A stretch of DNA of 64,000 bases from an uncultured Acidobacteriota bacterium. Lineage in GTDB: Bacteria; Acidobacteriota; UBA6911. This document shows positions 26,927 to 38,631 of the stretch, in pieces. Every line of letters begins with the position of its first letter. The stretch's first letter is position 1. Location of the stretch: positions 38,363 to 102,362 of the forward strand of contig CAWHCF010000053.1 in NCBI GenBank assembly GCA_963827655.1, given 5' to 3'. The notes beneath the pieces were generated by a model. The model saw only the letters and a list, made by a program, of their open reading frames with translations, was not told the origin of the DNA and made no database searches. The translations under genes were made by a program, and so were the position numbers.

Positions 26927-28039
26927 ATGAATCGACGGCGTCTCTTGAAATCAGGCGCGGCCGCCGCGTTTAGTGCCGCGCTCGCGTGCGCCACCAGGAA
27001 CCCCGGCAGGATCAGCGTTTCTGGAGAACCCGGCCGAAAGTTCGCGCGGGTCCAGGTTTCCTGGGACCGGATCATCCGAACCGTCGTCGGATTGCGCCCT
27101 TTCCGCCCCTCCGGGTTTGTGGTAAGAAGCGAGAAGCTCGGCCCCAAAACGGTCATCCATAATTACGGCCACGGCGGGGCCGGGGATCACTCTTTCGTGG
27201 GGAACATCACACCTGGCTGTCGAGGAAGCCCTGAAGACGGGTGAGAGCCGCTATGCCGTGATCGGCTGTGGAGCCGTCGGTCTGGCGTCGGCGCGCTTGC
27301 TTCAGCGGCGTGGCTTCAATGTCACAATCTATGCCCGGGACATTCCACCTGATACAACCTCCAACATGGCCGGGGCCCAGTGGTCTCCATTCAGTGTCGC
27401 CGACCGGGATAGGCGCACAGCGGAGTTCGAAAGCCGCTTCCAGCGAGCGGCGCGGCTCTCACATCGCTATTTCCAGGACATGGTGGGAGACTACTACGGG
27501 GTCCGCTGGATCGAGAACTACGCGATCAGCGAGAACCCCAGGCCGGCGGCGCAGAGCGCCGATCCTCTGCAGGATCTCTATTCCCGCTTCCAGAGATCTG
27601 CGCCAGGAGGAGCATCCTTTCGCCGCGTCTCACGTGCATCGCTTCGTCACAATGTTGATCGAGCCTCCGATCTACTTGAACGCCGATCCTGCGCGATTTT
27701 CTCCTCTCGGGCGGGAAGCTGGTGGTGCGGGCATTCGACGATCCGCGTGAGCTTGCCGCCCTTGATGAGCCGGTGATAGTCAACTGCACCGGTCTGGGCG
27801 CGAGGGCGCTGTTTGGCGACGAAGAGCTCGTGCCGATCAAAGGGCAACTCTCGATCCTGTTGCCCCAACCCGAGATCGACTACATCACCCTGGGAAGCGA
27901 CCTGTACATGTTTCCGCGCAAGGACGGAATTCTCCTGGGCGGGACCTTCGAACGCGGCGAATGGAGCCTGGATGTGAACGAACCCGAGCGGCGGAGAATT
28001 GTCGAAGGACACATCGCCTTCTTCAACAGCATGAAGTAA
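26927..28039 (+). CDS. Tat-exported D-amino-acid oxidase-like flavoprotein with permuted motif order (about three frameshifts)
   Basis: MNRRRLL, VGLRPFR, HNYGHGGAG, then IGCGAVG, TTSNMAG, VNCTGLGA, PIKGQL and LLGGT, spread over four reading-frame segments. Confidence 0.8.
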
Positions 28040-28290
28040 CTGCTCCCGCGAATTCGCAACTTCGTTGAACTGCGGCGCCCAGGCGTTCAGCGAAGAGACA
28101 TCCCACCCTTGCGCCGGGCCATGAACCTCCTCGCCGGAGGCGCTCAGGCACGTCGCTAAGGCGATCCAGAAAATAACCAGCGCCCGCCGGCGCACCTGGA
28201 AACGAAGCTCCATCATTGTTGTCCTCCCGCAAAAAAAGATGCCTTTCCCGCTCATTAGCTGATCCCGTTCACCGGAAAGCGGCGCGACGC

Positions 28291-29766
28291 TTAATGACCG
28301 GCCACGTCGCGCTCATACGCCTCGCGCAGAGCCAGCAATCTTTTGACGACGTCCGGGTATTGGCCCGCGCGATTCGTCCGCTCACTTCTGTCCTTGGAAA
28401 GATTGACCAGGAATGGGTTGTCCTGGGCCGGAAGGCGCCCCGCACCGGTGTTGTCGTAGGGATTCCCTAACAGCTTCCAGTCCCCTTCCCGCACCGCCCA
28501 CTGAGATCCTTCTCCAGTCGCGATCCTCCAATAGAAGGATTCGTGAGGAGTCGGGGCATCATGAGATCGAATGACGTTCGCCAGACTGGAGCCGTCGAGC
28601 TTGCGCTCGGGCACAGGCGTTCCAGTAAGCTCCGCGATCGTAGGGAGCCAGTCGCACGCAACAGCCATCTGGTCGCGGACGGCGCCGCTGGGAATCCGTC
28701 CCGGCCAGGAGATGATGGCAGGAACGCGGATGCCTCCTTCGAACAGCGTCGCCTTGGCGCCCCGGTACGGGCCCGCGAAGCCCCCTCCGCCGAAGGTGCG
28801 CTCTTCGACCGAATGCCCCTGATCGGACTGAAAGATGACGATCGTGTTGTCCCGAAGAGCCAGCGCTTCGATCTTCCGCAAGACCATTCCGATCCGCTCA
28901 TCCATGGTGGAGACGAATGCCGCGTACTTGTCCCGGGGCGACGGCGTATCTTTGTAGCGCAGCCGCCATGCTTCGGCGGGCTGCAGGGGATAGTGCGGCA
29001 TGTTCAGGGCCCAGTAGAGGAAGAACGGCCTGTCCTTGTGATCCTCGATAAACCTGGTCGCTTCCGTCACGGTCAGATCAGGAAAGTATCGGCCGTCTTC
29101 CCAAATTTCGCTCCCGTTTCGCCACAAATCGTGGCGATTGGGTCCGCTCCAATAGAAAAAGTGGGAGTAATTGTCGATGCACCCTCCCATGTGGCCGAAG
29201 GAATAGTCAAAGCCTTGTGCGTTGGGCATGGTCTCCGGGCTGTACCCGAGATGCCATTTCCCAATGTGCGCGGTGGCATAGCCGCCGGATTTGAGCATTT
29301 CCGCGATCGTGATCTCAGCGCCCGGCATCCCGGGATCCCCCTTTGCCGACGACAGGTTGGTTGGAACTCCTGCCCGAATCGGCAGGCGACCGGTCATGAG
29401 TCCGGCGCGCGACGGCGAACAGATGGCCGATGCTGCGTACATCTGGGTGAACCGCACCCCGCTTTGCGCGAGAGCATCGAGGTTCGGAGTGCTGAGGTCC
29501 TTGGAACCATAGCAGCCGAGGTCCAGCGTACCCTGATCGTCGCTATAAATAAGCAGGACATTGGGGCGTGGCGACGGCTTCTGTGCGCGATTCATTGGAA
29601 CCGCGCCCGTCGCTACTCCGGAACTCAGCAAGAGGAACAAAAGAAGGAAAGCCTGTCTCAAAGTTTCTCCTGATCTTAGAAGGTTGGATACCAGCGCCGT
29701 CCGACGCGTCCTCGGGATTCCTCCTTCGAGTCCAGTCATTCTGGAAAGCTTTGCCACGGGAGTCAA
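28291..29766 (-). CDS. Arylsulfatase (formylglycine-dependent); start uncertain
   Basis: RPNVLLIYSDDQG, TPNLD, CSPSRAGLMTG (CxPxR), GKWHLG, EGGIRVP. Confidence 0.93.
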   Translation of the reverse strand: MTPVAKLSRMTGLEGGIPRTRRTALVSNLLRSGETLRQAFLLLFLLLSSGVATGAVPMNRAQKPSPRPNVLLIYSDDQGTLDLGCYGSKDLSTPNLDALAQSGVRFTQMYAASAICSPSRAGLMTGRLPIRAGVPTNLSSAKGDPGMPGAEITIAEMLKSGGYATAHIGKWHLGYSPETMPNAQGFDYSFGHMGGCIDNYSHFFYWSGPNRHDLWRNGSEIWEDGRYFPDLTVTEATRFIEDHKDRPFFLYWALNMPHYPLQPAEAWRLRYKDTPSPRDKYAAFVSTMDERIGMVLRKIEALALRDNTIVIFQSDQGHSVEERTFGGGGFAGPYRGAKATLFEGGIRVPAIISWPGRIPSGAVRDQMAVACDWLPTIAELTGTPVPERKLDGSSLANVIRSHDAPTPHESFYWRIATGEGSQWAVREGDWKLLGNPYDNTGAGRLPAQDNPFLVNLSKDRSERTNRAGQYPDVVKRLLALREAYERDVAGH

Positions 29767-29888
29767 TCCGTTTCGGAAGACGACGCGGTTGACACCGTAA
29801 TTGACCGCGATAGAATTGGATCCACGCGTTCCATTGGCGAAGTATCCAATCGCCGGGAGAGCCGACGGTTGCCGGCTTAGGTCTCTTC

Positions 29889-32040
29889 ATGGAGGTTTTC
29901 GTGTATACATCGACGTGCTTCGACCAGGGGCTGTGTCCTCGGTTGCGGTTGCTGTTGGGCTGCGCCATTGTGCTGATCCATACCGCGGCCACGCCGCTTG
30001 TCGCTGCCGCGCGGCGTCCGATGGCGCTGGAAGACTTCTATGCCATCAAGTCCGTCGAGGACGCCTCGACTTCCCCCGACGGTCGATGGGCCGTCTACGC
30101 CATCCAGGAAATCGATCGCGAGAAAAACGGGCGCATATCGAGCATCTGGCGCGTTCCGGTAGCGGGCGGCGCGGCCGAGGAAGTGGTACGGAGTAAGGAT
30201 AACGATCGGATGCCCAAGTTCTCTCCCGACGGCCGATATCTCGCTTTTGTGTCCGACCGGAATACGGATGCGTGGGGCATGCCCGGAAGCGCCGCGGGCA
30301 GGGGCCAGGTCTTCCTGCTCCCGCTGAGCGGCGGCGCGCCCTTTCCTGTGACCTCCCTTGCTGGAGGAGTATCGAGCTACCGTTGGGCTCCCGACAGCCG
30401 CCGGTTGGCGGTTATCGCGCGTGATCCCAAGACCGAAACGAAGCTCGGTCCCGCCAACACTCCTCCCGTAATTGTCATCACCCGGCTCCGTCACAAGGGG
30501 GGAACCGAGTGGCTCGACGATCGCAAACAACATGTATATCTGGTCGATCTGGGCGACGCGTTGTCGTCTTCGGGGCTGCGCCGCAGCGAGGCCAAGATCC
30601 TGACCCCGGGACCTTTCGACGAGGACGACGTTGCCTGGTCGCCCGACGGGCGTCGCATCGCCTTCGTCTCGAACCGCACGAAAGAGCCGGACGCCAATCG
30701 CAATTCCGATGTCTGGATCGTCGACGTCCAGTCGTTGAACATAACCCAGTTCACCACCGACCCGGGATCCGATATCCGCCCGGCCTGGTCGCCCGACGGA
30801 TCCACGATCGCGTACGTCCACACGCCGGCCAAGCCTCCGCAGTATGCCCTCCCCCGCCTCATGGTGATGGCCGCAACCGGCGGCTCGCCCAGGGACTTGA
30901 CCGGAAAGTTTGATCGCGGCGTTTCCCGTTCGCCGAGCAAAGCGGGGTATCCGCGCTGGGCCAGCGACGGACAGGCCCTCTATATCACGCTTCATCGACG
31001 GCGGCATGAACCCGCTGTGCAAGGTCGGACTGGACGGCTCCAAGTCTACCGTCTTCGAGGGAGACATCCAGGAGTGGGATCTCGCTGCGGACAAGGTCGT
31101 CGCCATCAACACGCCTCCGGATGCGCCGGCCGACGTCTTCGCCGCGCCGCTGACGGTCAACTCGCCGCCGAGAAATCTGAGCCGTGCCAATGAATCCTTG
31201 ATGCAAACATTGTCGGTGCGCGGCGCCGAAAGCGTCCGGTTCAAGAGCGCCGACGGAACTTCCGTGCACGGATGGCTGATCAAACCGCCGGACTTCATCA
31301 CCGGCCACAAGTATCCCCTGATCGTTTGGATTCACGGGGGGCCCGTGTGGCACTGGACGAACGGCTTCAAGTTCGAGCCGATGCTCTTCGCGGCGCGCGG
31401 ATATCTCGTCTTCCTGCCAAATCCGAGGGGGAGCCTTGGATACGGTGAGGCCTTTTCCTACGCGCTGAACGCAGACTGGGGCAATCTCGACTATAAAGAC
31501 ATCATGTCCGGAGTGGACTCGCTGATCGGGCAAGGACTCGTGGATTCCCAACGCATGGGCGTCGGAGGGTGGAGCTACGGCGGCATCATGACAAACTACA
31601 TCATCACCAAGACCGGCCGCTTTGCCGCGGCTGTGTCCGGAGCCGGCCATTCCGATCTGCTCAGCTCGTTCGGCACCGACGACGCGCGCCTGGCCTGGAT
31701 TGAGGAGTTTGGCTACCCCTGGGAGAATCTCGACTTGTACAGGAGGTTGTCCTCGATCACCCAGGTCCACAAAGTCGTGACTCCCACGATGTTTCTCTAC
31801 GGCGAGCGCGACTTCAATTGCTCGCCCGCACAGGCCGAGCAGATGTACGTGAGCCTGAAAACCCTGGGCAGGGAGACCGCGTTGATTCTCTACCCTGGAG
31901 AGGGGCACGGATTGAGAAGACCTTCGAACCTTATCGACAAGGCGCGCCGCTACTGTCTATGGTTCGACAAGCATGTGCTGGGCCGCGACGTGGATCCGAC
32001 TTATCATTCGTGGCCCGCTGAGGCAACGTCCGTCAATTAG
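29889..32040 (+). CDS. S9 family peptidase with PD40 beta-propeller (frameshift near 30990)
   Basis: Repeated WSPDG in 29889..31193. IHGGP, NPRGS, GWSYGG nucleophile and YPGEGH in 30910..32040. Confidence 0.9.
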
Positions 32041-32195
32041 CCGATCGTTCTGATGGTTCACGGCTCCCCTGGGTACTGCATCGGTTGGCGCTGACCGCGT
32101 GGAATCGATCGAGATCATCCTGGAACTCCGTGCCGTCTTTTGGCGATCTAAAGAACTCGGGCCATCTCATCGCAGGGCATTCCTCCACACACGTT

Positions 32196-32376
32196 AGAAG
32201 TCAGGAGTCAGGAGCAAGAAGTTGGTTGGCACTACCTGAAAAGGATAACATCACGAGATGGGGTAGGTACGGCAGACCTCAAGAAGGAAGGATGAATCTC
32301 CTGGAGGAAGTGAGCCGCCTGCTGAATGCATATGCAAAAGCGAATTCTGGCTTCTGGCTTCTGACTCCTGGCTTCT
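32196..32376 (+). pseudogene. Four-helix-bundle (23S-IVP/bAvd-like) gene remnant between inverted heptamer repeats
   Basis: agaagtcaggagtcaggagcaagaag ... attctggcttctggcttctgactcctggcttct enclose YG....MNLLEEVSRLLNAYAKA. Confidence 0.65.
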
Positions 32377-32451
32377 ATCCCGCTGCTTTTGGCAAGAAAC
32401 TCAAATCGATCAAACGGGAACCAAATAGCCATTACTGGCGTCTGAAACAGC

Positions 32452-34884
32452 ATGCACTCGATCTGGCAGGACCTCCGCTACGGATGGCGCAGTTTGCTCA
32501 AACAGCCGGCGTTCGCCTGTCTGGCGGTGCTGACGCTTGCGCTCGGCATCGGCGCCGCAACCACGATCTTCAGCGTGATCCATAACGTGCTGCTTGACCC
32601 GTTTCCGTATACGGATGCGGAACGAGTCGTCGCATTTCAGATCCAAGACGCGAGCAGCAGCCGCCCCGGAGGCCGCTCGGCGTTCCAGGTGCCGGAGTTC
32701 CTCGACTACCTGGAGCAAAACCACGTCTTCGAGGACGTGATCGGCGGGAGCTTCGAGGACATCCTGTACAGAACCGGGGAAGGCACCGAGCAGTTCAACG
32801 GGGGCCTGGTCACGGGCAACACGTTCCGCTTCCTTGGGGTACCAGCCGTAGTGGGACGGCCGCTAACACCGGAAGATGCCAAACCGGGGGCGCCACCGGT
32901 TTTCGTCATGAGTTACAAGATGTGGGTCAAGCACTTCAATCTGGATCCGGGCATCGTGGGCCGGACGTTCGTGCTCAACAACGTGCCGACTACGCTGGTG
33001 GGCATCATGCCCCGGCGGTTTACCAAACTGGGCGCGGACCTGTGGAAACCTGTAATGCTGGACCGCGCCGATGCCGAAGGAAGCCAGCGCTTCTTCATGT
33101 TTCAGGCACGCCTGAAACCCGGCATCAACCATCAGCAGGCTGAGGCCGACATCAGCGTGATCGCGCAGCGGCTGGCGCAGGTGTACCCGAAGAATTATCC
33201 GAAGAAGTTCACGGTCAAGGTTGTGAGCTGGGTCGACAGCCTGGTCGGGCGGTTTCGCCGGACCTTGTATACACTGGCCGCGGCGGTGGGGCTGCTGCTG
33301 CTGATCGCGTGCAGTAACGTCGCCAACATGCTACTCGCCAGGGCTACGGCTCGCGAGAGGGAGATGGCAATTCGGACTTCGCTCGGCGCCAGCCGGGCGC
33401 GACTGGTCCGCCAGTTGCTGGTCGAGAGCTTTATGCTTGCCCTCGCTGGAGCAGCCGTCGGGTGCCTGTTCGCGCACTTCGGAATCAAGGCTCTGGTGAC
33501 GGCGATCCCCGACGGCCTCATCCCCAGGGAGGCGGTTATCCAACTGAACGTGCCGGTCCTGTTATTCAGTCTGGGGGTTGCCATTTCAACGGCGGTCGTG
33601 TTCGGTCTCGCTCCCGCGCTCCAGACGGCGAAGCGGAATCTGGTGGACGCGCTTAAAGCTTCCGGCAGGGGCGTCACCGACAGCTTCCGGCGCGGCAAAC
33701 TCCGAAGCGCGCTGGTGGTAGTGGAAGTGGCGCTGTCGCTGGTACTGCTGGCGGGGGCCGGCCTGCTGATGCGAAGCTTCATCAAGCTGCAGACCGTGGA
33801 TCTGGGTCTCAAGCCGGACAACATTCTGGTTGCGCGCCTGCCGCTGCCACGCGGCCAGTACGAGACCGCAGCCTCCAAGCGGCAGTTCTTCCGGCAACTG
33901 CTCGCCCGCCTTCACGCGCTGCCCGGAGTGCTGGCGGCTACAGAAACCAGCTCGCTGCCACCGTACGGCGGCATCGGCAGCGATATCGACATTCCGGGCA
34001 AGACGCACTCGGAAAGGTGGAATGCTATTTTCCAGTTGTGCAGCGAAGGATATCTCCCGACTCTCGGACTCCGTCTGGTGAGCGGGCGCTTCTTGACCGA
34101 GGTTGAAGTGAACGAAGCGCGCAAAGTTGCCGTCGTCAATCAGACCCTGGTGAACCGCTATCTCGCCCCGGATGATGCCATCGGACGCCACGTCAAGTTC
34201 AGCCTGCTCGAGACGCTTCCAGATTCGCGCGTTGAGAATCCTGTATTCGAGATCGTGGGCGTCGTTGCCGATGCGAAAAACCAGGGAATTCAGGAGCCGC
34301 CCATGCCGGAAGTGTTCATCCCGTACACCGTGACGGGCGCATTCGAGCGCGGGATCCTGGTGAGAACCGCGAACGATCCCGCGACGATGCTCAACAGCGT
34401 GCGCCGCGAGATCTGGGCGATCGATCGCAATGTCGCCCTCACGCTGACGGGCAGCTTAACGGACTATCTCAAGCAGTTCTCGTATGCCGAACCACGCTTC
34501 GGCCTCGTTGTCCTCGGTGTCTTTGCGGGAGTGGGGCTGGCGCTGGTCGGGCTGGGCGTCTACAGCGTCATCGCGTACACGGTTTCGCGGCAGACTCACG
34601 AGATCGGGATTCGCATGGCTCTCGGGGCGCGCCGCGCCGACGTGCTGCGCCTGGTGTTGTGGCTCGGACTGCGCCTGATCGGCCTGGGACTGGCGGCCGG
34701 GCTGCTGGTGACCCTGGGGGTGTCCCGGGTGTTGGCCAATCAGCTCTGGGGTGTGTCGCCCAACGATCCCGTCACTCTGTGCGGAGTGGTGGCGGTGGTG
34801 GCGATCGCCGGGCTTTGCGCGTGCTACTTCCCTGCCCGGCGCGCAACCCGCGTGGATCCGATGGTCGCGCTGAGGCACGAATAA
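32452..34884 (+). CDS. ADOP-type duplicated ABC transporter permease
   Basis: QDLRYG.R.L, LTLALGIGA, LLIACSNVANMLLARA..RE.E.AIR..LGA, a second FtsX repeat, RVDPMVALRHE. Confidence 0.95.
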   Translation: MHSIWQDLRYGWRSLLKQPAFACLAVLTLALGIGAATTIFSVIHNVLLDPFPYTDAERVVAFQIQDASSSRPGGRSAFQVPEFLDYLEQNHVFEDVIGGSFEDILYRTGEGTEQFNGGLVTGNTFRFLGVPAVVGRPLTPEDAKPGAPPVFVMSYKMWVKHFNLDPGIVGRTFVLNNVPTTLVGIMPRRFTKLGADLWKPVMLDRADAEGSQRFFMFQARLKPGINHQQAEADISVIAQRLAQVYPKNYPKKFTVKVVSWVDSLVGRFRRTLYTLAAAVGLLLLIACSNVANMLLARATAREREMAIRTSLGASRARLVRQLLVESFMLALAGAAVGCLFAHFGIKALVTAIPDGLIPREAVIQLNVPVLLFSLGVAISTAVVFGLAPALQTAKRNLVDALKASGRGVTDSFRRGKLRSALVVVEVALSLVLLAGAGLLMRSFIKLQTVDLGLKPDNILVARLPLPRGQYETAASKRQFFRQLLARLHALPGVLAATETSSLPPYGGIGSDIDIPGKTHSERWNAIFQLCSEGYLPTLGLRLVSGRFLTEVEVNEARKVAVVNQTLVNRYLAPDDAIGRHVKFSLLETLPDSRVENPVFEIVGVVADAKNQGIQEPPMPEVFIPYTVTGAFERGILVRTANDPATMLNSVRREIWAIDRNVALTLTGSLTDYLKQFSYAEPRFGLVVLGVFAGVGLALVGLGVYSVIAYTVSRQTHEIGIRMALGARRADVLRLVLWLGLRLIGLGLAAGLLVTLGVSRVLANQLWGVSPNDPVTLCGVVAVVAIAGLCACYFPARRATRVDPMVALRHE

Positions 34885-34907
34885 ACGTAGCTGGGGACGT
34901 CCCCGTT

Positions 34908-35942
34908 TTACTGGCTCTTGCGTTTCAGCAGCACCGGGGGTTCATTGGCTTTTTCCGGTTGCGGCTTCACGGCGCCCGTGTTGGCCGGGGCCGCCGAGTT
35001 TACGCCGAAATCCCAAACGAATGTGTTGATTTCCTGTTTCCCGAGCAGCTCGACGAGCGCGTACTCACCCGATGGCAACGGCGCCGCCGGACTTACCTTC
35101 ACCCAACGTCCGGAGACCGGCTCCACTTTGATTTCCACGTACCTGGCGTCTTGCTTCACTTTGCCGTAGACCGCGATATTTAGAATTCCGACCACGCGAT
35201 TCCCTTTCTTTTCCTCACATCGCACGATGCGGAAGTGGTCCTTGGCCGTCTCAGGCGTGTAGTCGGTGGACGGATCTTCTGGGTCGATCGAAACGTAGAT
35301 CGATGGGTCGGCTACGTGAGACTGTATTACCGCGTGCAGGCCCTTCAGTTCGATCATTTGCTTCGCGCTGGCAACGGGATTGATGATGCCGCGCAGAATG
35401 TTGCCTCCCATGTTCTTGTTGATGTCGGCACCGCTCTGATTCAGTTGATTCAGCTCGGCCTTGCTCTGAAAAAGATCGAGCAGGAAAACGCCCCCCGCCG
35501 CCGGCAACCGGATGCCCGGAGAGACCAGCGGACTCTGCACCTCAGCCTCGGCGCGTTCTTTCGCCTCCGTTTCGGCGAGCTCTCGAAGAAGGGACTGCTT
35601 TTCGGCGGCAGCCTCTTTTGCGTACTTCTCCGTGGCAGGCCAGTCAACGAGCGAGTAAGGAATCTCCTCCCATTCACGGCGTTCTGAACTGAGATACTGA
35701 ACACGGTCACCCTTGATTCGATACTGGTTGATAAGCTCGTATGAGCCGTCCTTCAGGATCAAGCGTCTGATCTTGTTTTGCTGCCCATCGCTTTGCGGCT
35801 TGTCGGCCGACGGTTGCGGCTGCCTGGACTGCTGCGTTGATTTGGGCTGCTGGGCTGGGGTCGGTTGTTGCGCGCCGGCTTCGGGCAGTACTGCAAGCAG
35901 TGTCAGAAGGATGAACAAGGGTGCTGGGCGACCGGGAAACAT
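34908..35942 (-). CDS. Exported hypothetical protein
   Basis: Signal peptide, Q/P-rich linker, RLILKDGSY, long open frame. Confidence 0.7.
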   Translation of the reverse strand: MFPGRPAPLFILLTLLAVLPEAGAQQPTPAQQPKSTQQSRQPQPSADKPQSDGQQNKIRRLILKDGSYELINQYRIKGDRVQYLSSERREWEEIPYSLVDWPATEKYAKEAAAEKQSLLRELAETEAKERAEAEVQSPLVSPGIRLPAAGGVFLLDLFQSKAELNQLNQSGADINKNMGGNILRGIINPVASAKQMIELKGLHAVIQSHVADPSIYVSIDPEDPSTDYTPETAKDHFRIVRCEEKKGNRVVGILNIAVYGKVKQDARYVEIKVEPVSGRWVKVSPAAPLPSGEYALVELLGKQEINTFVWDFGVNSAAPANTGAVKPQPEKANEPPVLLKRKSQ

Positions 35943-36018
35943 AGATAAAGTTTAGCGGTTCACCCGGAGCACGTACAGCGTCAATTAGCCTTGGGGGAAG
36001 CGGCCCGAGCAGCTTCCA

Positions 36019-36345
36019 TCAGGCCGTTGTGACCTTGCCGTACCCTTTCACGGCTCGCTCGATACCAGGACCCGCATCAGCGAGGTCCTGCGGATTCATC
36101 GCCGGACGGACTGTGAGGCGGGCGTTGAAGGCAAGAAACCAGGGTTCGGCAATGGCAGGCAACTGAGATGAATCCTTCATATCGAAGAAGATGTATCCAG
36201 TGCGTTCGCCATTGTCTTCGGCGAAATACGCCGCTTCAGGTTTAAGATCAGCGAGGATCCGCTGAATTGTCGTTGCTAAAGCGCCGCTTCGCGCAGCGGC
36301 GTTCCCCGCCTCGACCGGGATTGAGACTTTGAGCATCATGCGCAT
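36019..36345 (-). CDS. Small conserved hypothetical protein (DUF3303-like)
   Basis: [26 protein letters not shown] ggaggg. Confidence 0.65.
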   Translation of the reverse strand: MRMMLKVSIPVEAGNAAARSGALATTIQRILADLKPEAAYFAEDNGERTGYIFFDMKDSSQLPAIAEPWFLAFNARLTVRPAMNPQDLADAGPGIERAVKGYGKVTTA

Positions 36346-36714
36346 GTGATTTGCCCCTCCAAAGGCACTCGGTATTATATGCATCCGGGCTCTCGTCGGC
36401 GAGATGTTTATTCCCAACTATCCGGCATCGATCCTTTCAACGCCTAAACGCCCTTGCGTCGGTAGTCGCGAGAACGGTCTCTTGCTATCAGTCTTCGCGC
36501 GCTTCCCTGTAAATTCGTGAAATCAGTGCCTTCTGCGATCCTGTCCGGAACGGTTGCATGAGGTCGTGTAGTGAGAGTCGTCCGGGGATCTCGGTGCGCG
36601 GATTGAGCCAACTCCGGCGTTGACTCCGACTGGGATTCGAGGTATCTAGGATTCGGGCGTCAGCCTCCGCCCCTGCGATGGGCAATCCGGCAATTGGTAA
36701 CGTAGGAGAATCTT

Positions 36715-37224
36715 ATGGCCCTGATCAAAGATTTCCACGACAAGTTGCTGATCAGTGTCACGGATGGAAAGAAACTGGGTGAGGTCAAAGACGTCTACCT
36801 CGACCCAGACATCACCCGCATTGTGGCTGTTTACCTGGGCAAATCCGGGATCATCAAGCGCAAGATGCTGATGATCGAGTTGTCGCGGGTTCAGCTTCTT
36901 GGCATCGACGCCTGGTTCATTTCAGGATCCGACACCGTGATCGCCCGCGACGAGGTTAAGGGAGCGGACACTTACGTCCTCGCCGGCGACCTGCGCGGGC
37001 GCGAGATTCAGACCGAAGGCGGGACCAAGATCGGTTCGGTCGACGACGTAATCGTAGATGAAAAATCGAAAGTCGTCGGCTTCACCCTCGACAGGTTGCA
37101 GGTTCAGGGCCCGCTTGCGCAATCCAGGGTGATTGCCCGAGCCGCCATCACTAGCCTCGGCGACAAACATACACCCATGGTCGCCTCGCTGGAACAGGCC
37201 GAGAAGTTGCCCGTATTGCAGTAA
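36715..37224 (+). CDS. Tandem PRC-barrel domain protein
   Basis: DGKKLGEVKDVYLD and GTKIGSVDDVIVD. RBS aggag. Confidence 0.85.
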   Translation: MALIKDFHDKLLISVTDGKKLGEVKDVYLDPDITRIVAVYLGKSGIIKRKMLMIELSRVQLLGIDAWFISGSDTVIARDEVKGADTYVLAGDLRGREIQTEGGTKIGSVDDVIVDEKSKVVGFTLDRLQVQGPLAQSRVIARAAITSLGDKHTPMVASLEQAEKLPVLQ

Positions 37225-37358
37225 CCACGCCGAAACGCCCTGGCCACGCATTAAATCAACATTTCTTGACTTGGTCCGACTCGCCGTTTCGCGGTGGAGT
37301 TCGATGTGACCTCCGTGCGCAAGAAAGTGGGGCCTAGCATTTCCGAATGATCACGGCG

Positions 37359-37824
37359 TCACTCACGTTCGACTGTCGGGCTAACCTGTCCAAACCAGCC
37401 ACGACTCCTGGCGAACCACGAGAACCACAGCAGTACCGCTGCGATGCTAATGACCAGCGAGGGCATGACTAGTCCTGATGGTCCCATGACTTGTAACCCG
37501 CCGCCAATGATCATGGTGTAGAACATTTGGACAATCACCGCCACGAGGCAGATTGCGAACATCGCGATGGTCCAGCCCTTTCGCATGAACAGGCCAATGG
37601 TTCCCGCCACTCCGGTTGACACGGCCAAGCCGTAGACGAAATAAATCCAGCCTGGAATGGATCGAGCCCACTCCTTCTGATTCTCGCGTCATGGATTCCA
37701 TCATTGCCTCCTGGGCGAAAATCTCGATCGCGAAGAAGACACACCCCATCAGGTTCCACAGCAACGCCACAGCCGCGATCACCCAGTACCAGAGAGGAAC
37801 CGCTGATTTTGTTGTTTGATTCAT
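37359..37824 (-). CDS. Four-TM membrane protein (frameshift near 37685)
   Basis: WYWVIAAVALLWNLMG joins in another frame to IPGWIYFVYGLAV..LWFSWFARSRGWF. Confidence 0.7.
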
Positions 37825-38000
37825 TTTCTTCTTTCCGCGATTTCGGATTGTCAACCACCCATCATCCTACCGATGCCAAGATTCATTTCAAACAGGCGTA
37901 AGTTCCGGTGACGGACGGCGGAATCATTGGACTGAACGGACGATTCGAAGTACAACGTCAGCCAACGTGTTGATCGATGAGAATTGGGTTTCCGTCTGGA

Positions 38001-38255
38001 TGGTGCTTCCGTCATCAATTGTTGTTATGCCGCCAGAGGCATCGGCGTCTCATCGACAACGACCAAGACGGTCGATTGTCCGAACTTTACGGTGCTTCGC
38101 AGTTTACTGTTGGTGACTTGTCCTCATGTCCTTCTGACAAAAACATTTGTTCCTCATTTGGAGCAAACCAGAATTGGTCATGCCAAATTTGCTTATACAT
38201 ATTGCGACCTAAATCTTTATACGAATCCTACCAACAATTGATGACGGAAGCACCA
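38001..38255. mobile_element. 255-bp segment bounded by perfect 24-bp inverted repeats (MITE or invertible element)
   Basis: tggtgcttccgtcatcaattgttg (38001-38024) is the exact reverse complement of 38232-38255. The interior is AT-richer than the window. Confidence 0.65.
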
Positions 38256-38631
38256 ATGGACTGGCGCTTGAGGGCCGGAACCTGGATGTGCAGATCGTAG
38301 ACCGGCAGGCTTGGCCCCTTCCTGCCGGTCAGACCCGCCAGCTGCAGAAATTCGCTTGCTCCTGCGACGCCTCCGCGATACAAATACCTATCTATCGTCG
38401 CTGGGCCGCGACCCCGACGCGCGAACCGTGCTTACCGCGCAAGCAAGCAACAGCACCACGCGGTCCAAGTGACCTACGATCGCTTGTAGTGTCAGGCTTT
38501 AGGCCGGACCATTGGGCGCCTGACTTGACGCCACCGTCGCGCTGCAAGATCATGCGCCACCCCCACCGACAACGTCACCTCGCGCAACCGTGGCGAGGAC
38601 GGAACATTGGCCGCGCCGCCCGGAGTGATGG

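Noticed and set aside
32196-32376. Diversity-generating retroelement suggested by the bAvd-like remnant
   Set aside because: No reverse transcriptase and no template/variable repeat pair with adenine-specific differences was seen.
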